DNA from: an uncultured Bacillota bacterium
Lineage (GTDB): Bacteria > Sysuimicrobiota > Sysuimicrobiia > Sysuimicrobiales > Segetimicrobiaceae
Length of the DNA: 64,000 nucleotides
Direction of reading: 5' to 3'
Assembly (NCBI GenBank): GCA_963804645.1
Contig: CAWDRG010000010.1
Location: 64,001-128,000 of the forward strand
The position numbers and the translations under genes are program-made. The notes beneath the pieces were generated by a model, which worked only from the letters and a program-made list of their open reading frames with translations, was not told where the DNA came from and made no database searches. Shown piece after piece: positions 51,186 through 60,568 of this stretch. Position 1 is the stretch's first letter; each line of letters opens with the position of its first letter.

Positions 51186-52352
51186 TCAGCCCGCGCGGGC
51201 GGGGAGCCCGGACGCGGCGGCCGCGGACAGGACGGAGCCCAGCGCCACGGTGAGGAACGCGACCGCCGGCACGTGGGTCGCGTCCCACGCGGCCCCGGCG
51301 GCGAGCGGCAGGACGAACGTGCAGCTGTACGCGACGGCGAACATGCCCGCCGACAGCCGGTGCACGTCATGGGCCCCGGTGAGCAGCGGCGGCGTGGCGA
51401 GCGCCAGAATCAGGACCGTCGCCGTGAAAAACCCGATGAGCGCGGGCCCGGCGACGATGAGCCGGCCGGGCGCGAGGAGAAAAACCGCGAGCCCCGTGAG
51501 GATCAGGAGGCCCGCGGCGAGGAACGGCGCCCGACGGCCGAGCAGCCGCGGCGCGAGCCAGGCGACCATCACCGACGCCGGGATCTGCCCCGTGTTCAGC
51601 GCCGTGAGGCACGGGCCGATCAGCTCGGGGCGGCCCGTCGCGCGCAGGAACTCGGGGATGAACGCGTTCGCCCCGAAATACGCGGCCGACGCGCCGCCGA
51701 GCGTCAACCCGAGCCGCAGCGTGGGGGTCCCGCGCCAGTCCGGCCACCACAGGCGCGGAGCCGAGCCGGGCGCCGCCGGCGGGGCCGGGAGCGCGCGCAG
51801 CCAGAGCGCGGTCAGCAGCACCGGCACGGACCAGACGACGAGGCTCCACTCCCAACTGCCCCCGACGAGCGGCAGCACCAGCGGGAGGGTGAGCGCGGCG
51901 CTGACCGCCTCACCGATGAGCAGCCCGTTGCCGTACACGGCCGTCGCGAGACCCACGCGCGTGGGATACCACTGGCTCACGAGCGCGGGCATCGCGGGCT
52001 GCGTGATCGACACGCCCACCCCCATCACGAGCGTCATCGCGAACAGCACCGCGATCGACGGGCCGACGCCGCGCAGGGCGCCCGCCGCGGCGATCAGCAC
52101 GAGCCCCAGCACCGCGGCGCGCTGCGCGCCGATCCGCGAGATCAGCAGCGACCCGAGAATCGCCGCGGCGGCGAGCAGAAACACCGGCAGACCGGTCAGC
52201 GCCCCGACGCCGGCCTCGCTCAGACGGAGGTCGCGGTGGATCAAGATCAGCACCGGCGGGACGGCGAGAATGGTCAGGCGGAGATCCACGCCCAACAGCC
52301 ACAGCAGCAGCATCCGCGGCCAGAACGGGTGCGGTCGATCAGCGAGTGACAC
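51186..52352 (-). CDS. MFS transporter, CynX-like
   Basis: DLRLTILAVPP, LTGLPV and about 12 hydrophobic segments. The start is inferred. Confidence 0.78.
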   Translation of the reverse strand: MSLADRPHPFWPRMLLLWLLGVDLRLTILAVPPVLILIHRDLRLSEAGVGALTGLPVFLLAAAAILGSLLISRIGAQRAAVLGLVLIAAAGALRGVGPSIAVLFAMTLVMGVGVSITQPAMPALVSQWYPTRVGLATAVYGNGLLIGEAVSAALTLPLVLPLVGGSWEWSLVVWSVPVLLTALWLRALPAPPAAPGSAPRLWWPDWRGTPTLRLGLTLGGASAAYFGANAFIPEFLRATGRPELIGPCLTALNTGQIPASVMVAWLAPRLLGRRAPFLAAGLLILTGLAVFLLAPGRLIVAGPALIGFFTATVLILALATPPLLTGAHDVHRLSAGMFAVAYSCTFVLPLAAGAAWDATHVPAVAFLTVALGSVLSAAAASGLPARAG

Positions 52353-52581
52353 GGCCCTCACGCGGCTTCCTGCGGCGGCCAGGCGTGCGCGGCGCGAACA
52401 ACCACGGCACTCTGGTACCACACTGAGACGCGGGTGTCAAATCGCGCGCCGTCCAGGGCAGGAGGGGGTGCGGCGGCGTGGTATCCAGCCGTATCGCCTC
52501 TCACTCCGCGGCAGACCCGCATGACCTCGCGCGCGCATGCGGCGCCCGATCCGCGGAGGAGGCGCTCTCGGGGGTGGCGTC

Positions 52582-53642
52582 ATGACACCGGTGCGAATTG
52601 GGGTAATCGGCTGCGGCGGGATCGCGCGCAGCGCGCATCTGCCCGCGATCCGGCAGCTGCGGGGACAGGTCGCGCTCGTCGCGGCGGCCGATCTCAACGC
52701 GGCGGCCGCCCGCGCGGCGGCGGAACCGTGGGGCGCGGAGTCCTACACGGACGGCCGCGCGCTGCTCGCACGCGGCGACGTGGACATGGTCATCATCGCG
52801 ACGCCCGAGGCGTGGCACCGCGAGTGGACCGAGGCCGCCGCTTCGGCGGGCGTGCACGTCCTGTGCGAGAAGCCGATGGCAACATCGGTCGCCGACGCGG
52901 ACGCGATGATCGCGGCGTGCCGCCGCGCGGGCGTCCGGCTCATGGTCGGCCACAGCCGCCGGTTCACAATGCGGTACATGCAGGTGCGGCGCGCCGTCGA
53001 CCGGGGCGAGATCGGCGCGGTCCGCCTCGTCCGCGAGAACGAACGCCGCGCCCGCGCCCGCACGGGCGAGACCGCGGCTACTACACCGCGACGCACTGGT
53101 CCGGGGACCCCGCGGTGTCGGTGGGCGCGGCGATTCTCAACGGGGTGCACGAGGCGGATCTGCTGCGGTGGTTCGCCGGGGCCGAGCCGGCATCCGTGTA
53201 CTGCGAGCACAAGGTCACGGTCGCCGGCAACCGCGGGGTGCCCGACTTTCTGACGTTCACGGTCCGCTTCGCGAACGGGGCTGTGGGATCGAGCGAGCTC
53301 AGCAACTGCCTGCCGCCGGGCTACCCCGCGTTCCATCAGTTCGAGCTGTACGGCGACCGCGGCGCGCTGCGGGCCAAGGACCACGACCTGCTCAGCGTGA
53401 CCCGCTTCACGGAGCAGGGCGCAGAGTTTCCGGGCACCTTTGAGATCCTGCTGCACAACCTGCCGGCGTACGTGCGCGAGCTGGACGCGTTCGTCGACGC
53501 GCTCCGGCACGACCGCCCGGTGCCGATGCCTCCCGAGGAAGCCCGCGCGGCGCTGGCGATCGCGATGGCCGCGGTCGAATCGGCGACCGCGGGTCGGGTC
53601 GTGCGGTTCGGAGCCGGCGATGCCGCGGGGATCCGGGCATGA
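52582..53642 (+). CDS. Gfo/Idh/MocA oxidoreductase (frameshift near 53075)
   Basis: IGCGGIA, IATP, CEKP, GHSRRF and GVHEAD. Confidence 0.87.
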
Positions 53643-54620
53643 CGGCCCCCCTGCTCGTCGGCGTCATCGGCGCCAACCGGCATGCCGCGGCGATCGCGGA
53701 CCAGGGCACGCCGCTCGGCGGAGCCCGCGTCTCCGTCACGGCCGCGAGCCCGGACGGCCGGGACCGCACGGCCGCGGCCGCGGTGGCGCGCCGGCTCGGG
53801 GCGGCGTTCGCGCCCCGGTGGCAGGCGGTGGCGCAGGATCCCGCGGTCTCCGTCGTGCTGATCGCGAGCGACGATCCGCAGCCGCGGCGCCGCGTGCGAA
53901 GCGGCGCTGCTGGCGGGCAAGGTCGTCCTGTGCCCCGCCCCCGCCGCCTCCAGCGCGTCCGCACTCGACCGCCTGACGGCCGCGCAGGCACGCGGCCGCG
54001 GCCTGCTGCTCGCGCCGGGCGAGATCCGCCACACCGGCGCCGGGGCCCGCGCGGTCCGGCTGGCCGCCGACGGCGAGCTCGGCGAGCTGCACTCGGTGTA
54101 CGCGGCCCTCCGCCTGCCCGCGTCGGATGCGACCGCCGGCCGCACCTCGATCCTGACGCACGAGGGCTGGGACGTGTTCGACGTCGTCTGCGCGGCGGTG
54201 CCGCGCCCGCTGCGCCGCGTCTATGCGACCACCCTGCACGCGTTCGGCCATGCGGCGGTGGATACCGCGGTCATCATCGCGCGGTTCGACGACACGATCG
54301 CCACGATGGAGCTGTCGCGCTGCCTGCCGGGCTCGCTCCCCACCACCGCGCAGGGCGAGGTGGAGGTCGAGATCATCGGATCGCGCGACGCGGTGCGGAT
54401 CGAGCCCTACCGCACCGCCGTCCGCCAGTACGGCGAGCGCGACGCGGCGCTGCTGCCCTGGAATGACGCCCCCGTGCTCTCGATGCTGGACCGCGCCCTC
54501 CTGATCGCCTCCGGCGGCGCGGAGCGATCCGACGACCTCGCGCAGGCCCGCCGCATCCTCGCGCTGGCGGACGCCGCCGAAGCGTCCGCCGCCCGAGGGG
54601 AGGCGGTCGAGGTGCCCTGA
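53639..54620 (+). CDS. Divergent Gfo/Idh/MocA-like protein (frameshift near 53885)
   Basis: Rossmann-like VGVIG and AALLAGKVVLCP (no EKP) after frame correction. Its start overlaps the previous stop. Confidence 0.62.
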
Positions 54621-54647
54621 CCGCCGGCCCGCGGGCCGGCGCACGTC

Positions 54648-56285
54648 CTACCGGTAGATCGAGTATTCGTACGATTTCGCGGTCATGAACTCCAGCAACG
54701 CCGGGATCCCCTCCTGCGTCTTCCGCACCGCGCGGCGGATCGCCGGGACGATCTCGCCCGGGGCGGTGACGCGTTCGCCGTGGCCGCCGAGCGCCTGCGC
54801 GAACAGCGCGTAGTTCCCTGAAATGTCCGTGCTGCGGTACTTGCGGGTCGACACCGGCATCTCCGGCAGTTCGATCGCCATCGCCTCGTTGTTCATGAGC
54901 ACCGACAGAATCGGAATGCGCTCCCGCACCGCGGTCTCAAAATCCATGCCCGTGAATCCGATCGCGGCGTCCCCCCACACGTTGATGCAGAGCTTCTCGG
55001 GCGCCACGAGCTTCGCGCCCATCATCAGGCCCAGCCCGTACCCCAACTGCGTCGTCTTGCCCCACCCGATGTACGAGAGCGGCGTCTCCGCCTGCCAGAA
55101 CGGGGAGAGCTGATCCCGAGGGCTCCCGGCGTCGTGCGTGATGACGGTGTTGGGCACGTCGACGGTATGCAGCAGATCCCAGATCACGCGGTACGGAGAC
55201 AGCGGGGTCTCGTCGGACGTCAGCTTGGGCAGCCACAGCGCCATCCAGGCGCGCCGCCCCGCCGCGATCTCCTCGGCGACGCGGGCGGCCTGCTCGCGCC
55301 GGGGCGCCTTGACGCGGTCCTTGACCGCCGCGAGCAGCGCCTCGAGCACCAGCCCGGCGTCGCCGAGCACCACGTAGTCCGCCGGTACGTCCTTGTTCAC
55401 GTCCGCGGGATCGAGCGTCGCGTGAATGACCGTCTTTCCGGACGGCATCGGCACCGCGTAGTTCGTCGTCGAAAAGCTCGCCCCGATCCCGAGGATCACG
55501 TCGGACTGCGCGAGAAAATCGTGCACCGGCTTGGGGATCGAGCGCCCCCCGGATCCCAGCGAGAGCGGATGGCTCTCCGGAAACGCGCTCTTGCCCTGCA
55601 GGCTGGTCGTCACCGGCGCGCCCAGCCACTCGGCCAGCGCGCGCAGCGTCTCCCACGCCCGCGCGTAGTGCACGCCCTGCCCCGCGTAGATGACCGGCCG
55701 GGACGCCGCCGCCAGCGCCGCCGCCGCCTGCTCGATCGCCTCGGGATCCGGGCCGGAGCGCGCGCCCGCGACCGGGCGGTACTCGACCGGCTCGGGCAGC
55801 TCTTCCTGAAGGACATCCGATGGAAACTCGACCATCACCGGCCGGGGGCGCCCCATCCGCACCTGGGTGAACGCCCGGCGCATCGCGGCGGGCGCCATGT
55901 TGGCCACGATGACCTGCTCCACCCACTTCGTCACGTGGCGGTAGTTCAAGGCCGCGTTGAAGTTCGGCGGCAGGTTGATCAGGCGGCGCGGGTAGCCGGC
56001 CGGGATGACGACGATCGGAGACGAATCGCCGTACGCCTGCGCGACGCCCCCGAACGAGTTCTCCGTACCCGGCCCCTGCTGCATCGCGAACACCCCGATC
56101 CGGCGGCCCGACGTCATCCGGCTCACCGCGTCCGCCATGTGCAGGCCGGTGCGCTCCTGGCGCACGATGATCGTACGGATGTCGACGACCGCGGCCGCCT
56201 CGAGGATCGGGTTCACGGGATAGCCGATCAGAAACTCCACGCCTTCGCGCTTGAGGATCTCCGCCACCACCGCCGCCACCTTCAT
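54648..56285 (-). CDS. Thiamine pyrophosphate-dependent enzyme (acetolactate synthase-like family)
   Basis: RQER, QGPG, TTQLGYG and WGDAA...NN TPP motif. Confidence 0.88.
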   Translation of the reverse strand: MKVAAVVAEILKREGVEFLIGYPVNPILEAAAVVDIRTIIVRQERTGLHMADAVSRMTSGRRIGVFAMQQGPGTENSFGGVAQAYGDSSPIVVIPAGYPRRLINLPPNFNAALNYRHVTKWVEQVIVANMAPAAMRRAFTQVRMGRPRPVMVEFPSDVLQEELPEPVEYRPVAGARSGPDPEAIEQAAAALAAASRPVIYAGQGVHYARAWETLRALAEWLGAPVTTSLQGKSAFPESHPLSLGSGGRSIPKPVHDFLAQSDVILGIGASFSTTNYAVPMPSGKTVIHATLDPADVNKDVPADYVVLGDAGLVLEALLAAVKDRVKAPRREQAARVAEEIAAGRRAWMALWLPKLTSDETPLSPYRVIWDLLHTVDVPNTVITHDAGSPRDQLSPFWQAETPLSYIGWGKTTQLGYGLGLMMGAKLVAPEKLCINVWGDAAIGFTGMDFETAVRERIPILSVLMNNEAMAIELPEMPVSTRKYRSTDISGNYALFAQALGGHGERVTAPGEIVPAIRRAVRKTQEGIPALLEFMTAKSYEYSIYR

Positions 56286-56330
56286 CGCTCGCGTCCCTCC
56301 CCGTTGTCGATCGTCATCGTCCCGCCTGCC

Positions 56331-57221
56331 TCACGGGCCCGTGTACGCCGGGCGCTCGTCGCGCTTCAGCGCGTCCCAGCACGTCCGGCAGAGACGTCCG
56401 ATGTGGTGGCTCGCCGCCGCCTTCCCCGGCCCCCCGTCGGGCATCGTCAGCGGCACCCGCCCCGTATAGACCGTCAGAATGAACAGCGGCCGCCCGCCCT
56501 CGAACACGATCCCCGCGTCGTTGAAGTTGCGGGCGGCGGTCCCGGTCTTGTGCGCCACCGTGGCGCCGGGCGGGAGCAGGAGCGGCAGGCGCTGCTGCAA
56601 CCGCTGCCAGCCGAGAATGTCGAGCGCGAGCCGGCACAGCTCGGGACTGCACCCGAGACGCGCGGCGGCGCCGGCATCGTGCGTGCCCTCGAGAATCAGC
56701 TCCAGCAGGCGGCCGACGTCCGCCGGCGTGGTGACGTTCAGGCGCGACAGATCCGGCGGCGCGTCGGCCCGGCGCTCGGCCGCGGCGTCCACGTTCGCCG
56801 GGACCGCCTGGCGGTGCACGGTGCCCACCATGCCCACCGAGCGGCTGAACTCGTTGACCGCGTCGAGCCCGAGCATCTCGACGACGGTCCCGGTGCACGT
56901 GTTGTCGCTGACGATGATCATCATGACGAGCACGTCGCGCAGCGGCAGGGTGAAGCCCGGAAGGAAGTGCTGGAAGCACCCGCTGGTGCTGATCTGATGC
57001 TTGGCCTGCAGCACCACCGGTTGAGTGAGCGACAGCCGGCCCGCGTGGACGGCGCGGAGCGCGGCCATCAAAATCGCGACCTTCCGAGTGCTCGCGGAGG
57101 ACACGACGACGTCGCCGGCGCGGTGCGCGGTCGCACCGGTCGACAAGTCCTTGACGTACCATCCGGTCTCAAAGGGCTGCGCGTCGCACAGCGCGTTCAG
57201 CCGGTCCGTGAGTGCCTGCAT
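56331..57221 (-). CDS. Class A beta-lactamase-like serine hydrolase, cytoplasmic
   Basis: SxxK (STRK), SDN and HKTG. No signal peptide and no evident Glu166 equivalent. Confidence 0.82.
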   Translation of the reverse strand: MQALTDRLNALCDAQPFETGWYVKDLSTGATAHRAGDVVVSSASTRKVAILMAALRAVHAGRLSLTQPVVLQAKHQISTSGCFQHFLPGFTLPLRDVLVMMIIVSDNTCTGTVVEMLGLDAVNEFSRSVGMVGTVHRQAVPANVDAAAERRADAPPDLSRLNVTTPADVGRLLELILEGTHDAGAAARLGCSPELCRLALDILGWQRLQQRLPLLLPPGATVAHKTGTAARNFNDAGIVFEGGRPLFILTVYTGRVPLTMPDGGPGKAAASHHIGRLCRTCWDALKRDERPAYTGP

Positions 57222-57351
57222 CGCCCCTCCCCCCGGCCGCGCTCGACCTCCCCGCGGCCCGCGGGCTCCGCGCCCCGAACGACGCGTCTTGTGGGCTTCG
57301 CCGCGCCCTCGCGCATGTCCCGTAGGCGGGCGCGGGGCGCACCCGGCGCGG

Positions 57352-57383
57352 TGTTATAGAATCATTACAGGGGTCGGGTACGA
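57352..57383 (+). promoter_or_regulatory. AT-rich Fur/Per-box-like site and -10 candidates upstream of the thioredoxin-like gene
   Basis: TGTTATAGAATCATTACA, with TACGAT further downstream. Confidence 0.45.
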
Positions 57384-57417
57384 TGAGTGCAAACGTCTGA
57401 CCCAGAGGGTACCAACC

Positions 57418-57936
57418 ATGCGGCGTTCCGTGTTCGTCCTCCTGACAGCCGGTGTGCTGGCGTTCGCGGTCTCCGGCGCGGCGTCGGGAGCGACCGCGGC
57501 TCCCGGGTTCACCGGCGGCGGGCCGTGGTACAACACCGGGGGGAAGTCCCTGACGCTCGCGGATCTCCGCGGCAAAGTCGTCGCGGTGGACATGTGGACC
57601 GCGGGATGCATCAACTGCTTGGACATCCTGCCGTACGTCAAGCAGTGGTACGCGAAATACCGCGACCACGGGTTCGTGGTCGTCGGCGTGCACACGCCCG
57701 AGCTTCAGTCCGAGCACTCCCTCGCGTACGTGCAGGACGCGGTGACGCGGCTCGGCGTCGCGTTTCCCGTCGTGGTCGACAACGACTACCGGATCTGGCA
57801 CGCGTACAGCAACGAATACTGGCCGACGGTGTACCTGATCGACAAGCAGGGGCACCTTCGCTACTCGCATATCGGCGAGGGCGACTACGGTACGACCGAG
57901 CAGATGATCCAGCGGCTGCTGGCCGAGCCGAGCTAG
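57418..57936 (+). CDS. Exported thioredoxin-like redoxin (DipZ C-terminal/TlpA-like)
   Basis: Signal peptide, WTAGCINC, GVHTPE, YWPT and GEGDY. Confidence 0.88.
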   Translation: MRRSVFVLLTAGVLAFAVSGAASGATAAPGFTGGGPWYNTGGKSLTLADLRGKVVAVDMWTAGCINCLDILPYVKQWYAKYRDHGFVVVGVHTPELQSEHSLAYVQDAVTRLGVAFPVVVDNDYRIWHAYSNEYWPTVYLIDKQGHLRYSHIGEGDYGTTEQMIQRLLAEPS

Positions 57937-57985
57937 GCGGGCGGCGGCCCCGATCTCACGAAGCCCGCGGCGCTACCGCGCCGCG

Positions 57986-58972
57986 TCAGTCGGCGGTGAG
58001 CGTCAGCCGGGTGCCCACGCTGTTTTGGACAAACGCGTCGGGCCGCAGCCGGTAGACCGCGCTCGCCGCCCGGTACCCGGTGCAGTGCGCCGGCGCGATG
58101 ACCGCCGGCTCCAGCGCGAGCAACTCCCGCACGACCCAATCGATGCGGTCGTGGAAGAACGACGGGCCCAGGTGGAAGCCTCCCATCACGGCGTGCACCC
58201 GCTGGATGCCGGTGACGGCCTGGGCGTGGTGGACCGTGTTGACGATCCCCGCGTGCGCGCAGCCCGAGAGCACGACCAGCCCCTTGTGTTTCAGGTGCAC
58301 GACCACCCCCTGATCGTCCCAGATCAGCGGATCGGGCTCCAGTCGGCCGTGGCGCTCCGCATGGTGCGCCGGCCACCCGATCTCGACCTCGTTCGTGCGC
58401 TCGACCTGTCCGGTCACAAGGACCATCCCCTCCAGCACCAGCGAGGGCCGTTCGGACTCGATCAGGTCCAGCCCGGCGTCGCGCAGGCCCTGCCGGGACA
58501 GCGGCACCAATCGATTGACGCGTCCGTTCGGCGCCACGGTGGCGCGCTTCAGGTAGGCGTCGGGGTGGAGGGTCAGCGGGAAGTTGAGGCGGCCGAGGCG
58601 CTCGTGCAGGCCGATCAAGCCAAACGTATGGTCCCAATGACCGTGGGAGAGGACGATGCAGCTCCACTCGCGGGGATCGATCTCCAAGCAGTCGAGGTTG
58701 TGGACGAGCCCGCCGGGACTGCCCCCCGCGTCGTAGAGGAGCGAGCGCGTGATGCCGTCGCGCGTGACCCTGACAAGCAGCGAGAGCCCGTGACCGCCGA
58801 CGAAACCGATCCGGCCCTCCTCGCCCAGCAGCCGCGAGACGATCTTCGAGCCGCCCGCACCGTCGAGCCGCTGCACGACGCCGCCGCCGGGCATGGTTTG
58901 ATCCACAAGATTCTCGTAGAGCGTGGTGATCTCCACACGATCGACCGGCTCCAACGCGATCCGCTCGCGCAC
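57986..58972 (-). CDS. Metallo-beta-lactamase-fold hydrolase (COG1237-like)
   Basis: SHGHWDH, GCAHAG, GGFHL and HCTG. Confidence 0.85.
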   Translation of the reverse strand: MRERIALEPVDRVEITTLYENLVDQTMPGGGVVQRLDGAGGSKIVSRLLGEEGRIGFVGGHGLSLLVRVTRDGITRSLLYDAGGSPGGLVHNLDCLEIDPREWSCIVLSHGHWDHTFGLIGLHERLGRLNFPLTLHPDAYLKRATVAPNGRVNRLVPLSRQGLRDAGLDLIESERPSLVLEGMVLVTGQVERTNEVEIGWPAHHAERHGRLEPDPLIWDDQGVVVHLKHKGLVVLSGCAHAGIVNTVHHAQAVTGIQRVHAVMGGFHLGPSFFHDRIDWVVRELLALEPAVIAPAHCTGYRAASAVYRLRPDAFVQNSVGTRLTLTAD

Positions 58973-59089
58973 CGCGATCTCCCCCCTCGCTGCCGCATCT
59001 CTCGCACGCGCCGCACCCACGACGCTAGGCCGTGCTCGCTAGGAGAGAATTAGCCGCAAGACGCCGCGCCCCCCGTCGTCATGGGGCCC

Positions 59090-59872
59090 GCATTCCCTTG
59101 CGTACGCGCGGAACACGGTGGCGCGGCTCCGCGTCGCGTTTCCCGTCGTGGTCGACAACGACTACCGGATCTGACACGTGTACAACACTGAAGGCAGACT
59201 TCCTCGATCGAGGTGTAGACAGGCAAAATTATATTGACCTATTTCTTAGGCGACAGGAAATCGCTTAATTTTTCCAATTGCTGAGTAAAACCGGCTTGTA
59301 CACCTTGGACAGCCATTCCGGCTTTGGATCCGGTTTTGTAAATGGCTGCTCTAATTTTTATTTCGGTTTTTCCGCCCGCTGCAGTCAAAGTAAGTTCTGT
59401 GGTTTGGTCAATTGTGGTTTCTTCTTTTTGACCTTCTGTCCAAGCCTTCGCGGTATATGAAAGCGTTAAATTTGGTTCAACAGTAGTAAATTCTCCCAGC
59501 ATTGGCCACTTTGTGCCTTTGTATGGGCCCATGGCTTCTCCCGCTTCCATCACAATGTAAATCCTACCGCCAACCCGCAGGTCAACTTCACATTCAGGAA
59601 TTGTGACATTATTTGGTCCCCACCATTGCTTTATCATTTCCGGATCAGTCCAAGCTTGCCAGACCGTTTCGGGTGAGGTGTCATATGTTCTTGCAAACAC
59701 TACTTCCTTAATCGGTTCCATTACGTTTTCCTTCCGTGTTCTTATTAATGAATACGAGCCGACGGTGTACCGCATCGATGAGCAGTGACGGCTTCGCGAC
59801 TCGCATATCGGCGAGGGCGACTACGGCACGACCGAGCAGATGATCCAGCGGCTGCTGGCCGAACCGAGCTGA
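59090..59872 (+). pseudogene. Degenerate copy of the redoxin gene 3' end (57714-57936), split into 59090-59192 and 59747-59872
   Basis: Gap-free alignment by eye with long identical blocks. In-frame TGA stops at 59172 and 59786. Confidence 0.88.
59239..59721 (-). CDS. SRPBCC/AHSA1 domain protein on an AT-rich insert (59193-59746)
   Basis: VWQAWTDPEMIKQWWGP and DLRVGG. AT-rich codon usage. AAGGA RBS before the ATG at 59721. Confidence 0.87.
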   Translation of the reverse strand: MEPIKEVVFARTYDTSPETVWQAWTDPEMIKQWWGPNNVTIPECEVDLRVGGRIYIVMEAGEAMGPYKGTKWPMLGEFTTVEPNLTLSYTAKAWTEGQKEETTIDQTTELTLTAAGGKTEIKIRAAIYKTGSKAGMAVQGVQAGFTQQLEKLSDFLSPKK

Positions 59873-59935
59873 CCCGGCGCAACCCCACCCCGCCAGCCGC
59901 GGCGGCGCGGCGAACGAGACCCCGGGGTGGCGGCC

Positions 59936-60346
59936 CTAGTGGCCGGCTTGCGCGCTGGCCTGGGCGATCAATTGGGCGACCTTTGAGTTCGGACCGACCG
60001 GCTCCACGAACAGCACCTGCACCGGGTTCACGTACATGCGGTCCGGCTCGTGGAGTTCCTTGCCCCGCTTCACCAAAATGTTCTTGACCTGCTTGGTCGT
60101 CGGATCCTGCTGGCTGACGATGTAGTAGACCTCGGTCAGCACCGGGTCCCGTCCGCCGTAGCCCGCGAGGCGCCCGAAATAGACCGCCCCGTTGATGAGG
60201 ACGACCGCCTGGTACTTGGTGGGAAACTGCACGGCCGACCCGCGCACCTGGGCCACCATGTACCACAGCGCCGCGACAATGACGAGGATCCCCGCCACGA
60301 GCCACACGCTCCGGATGACATCAATGCGCCCCTGACTGTCCGTCAT
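59936..60346 (-). CDS. Single-TM hypothetical protein
   Basis: One TM helix, then YQAVVLINGAVYFGRL...LVKRGKELHEPDRMYVN..QVLFVE. TGGTATGAT extended -10 candidate near 60521-60529. Confidence 0.75.
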   Translation of the reverse strand: MTDSQGRIDVIRSVWLVAGILVIVAALWYMVAQVRGSAVQFPTKYQAVVLINGAVYFGRLAGYGGRDPVLTEVYYIVSQQDPTTKQVKNILVKRGKELHEPDRMYVNPVQVLFVEPVGPNSKVAQLIAQASAQAGH

Positions 60347-60568
60347 AGTCACCTTCTCTGCTCCACGGTTGGATTTTTCCCGGTGGTCGGGTTGGCGCAT
60401 GCCGCTACCGCACGCTACGGCCATACCGCCGCATGCATGCGGAGAAAAAGAACCCGGGCTGTGTGTTCCCGCGCGCCGTGACTCCGCGACGGGCGTGCCG
60501 TGGCGCGCCCGTCGCGGACGATCATACCATTACCCGGCTGCCGCCGTCACTCCTTTGTACGCCTACCG

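Noticed and set aside
56331..58972. Antibiotic-resistance beta-lactamases (class A and MBL)
   Set aside because: Neither has a signal peptide. The class A-like protein lacks an evident Glu166, and the MBL protein has COG1237-type motifs.
59193..59238. Integron attC site after the SRPBCC gene
   Set aside because: There are no RYYYAAC...GTTRRRY ends or extended hairpin, only a 12-bp palindrome. No integrase is nearby.
57714..59872. Diversity-generating retroelement TR/VR pair (near-identical repeat at a gene 3' end)
   Set aside because: Mismatches affect all four bases (C/T, G/A, G/C) and are not adenine-specific in either direction. No reverse transcriptase is in the window.
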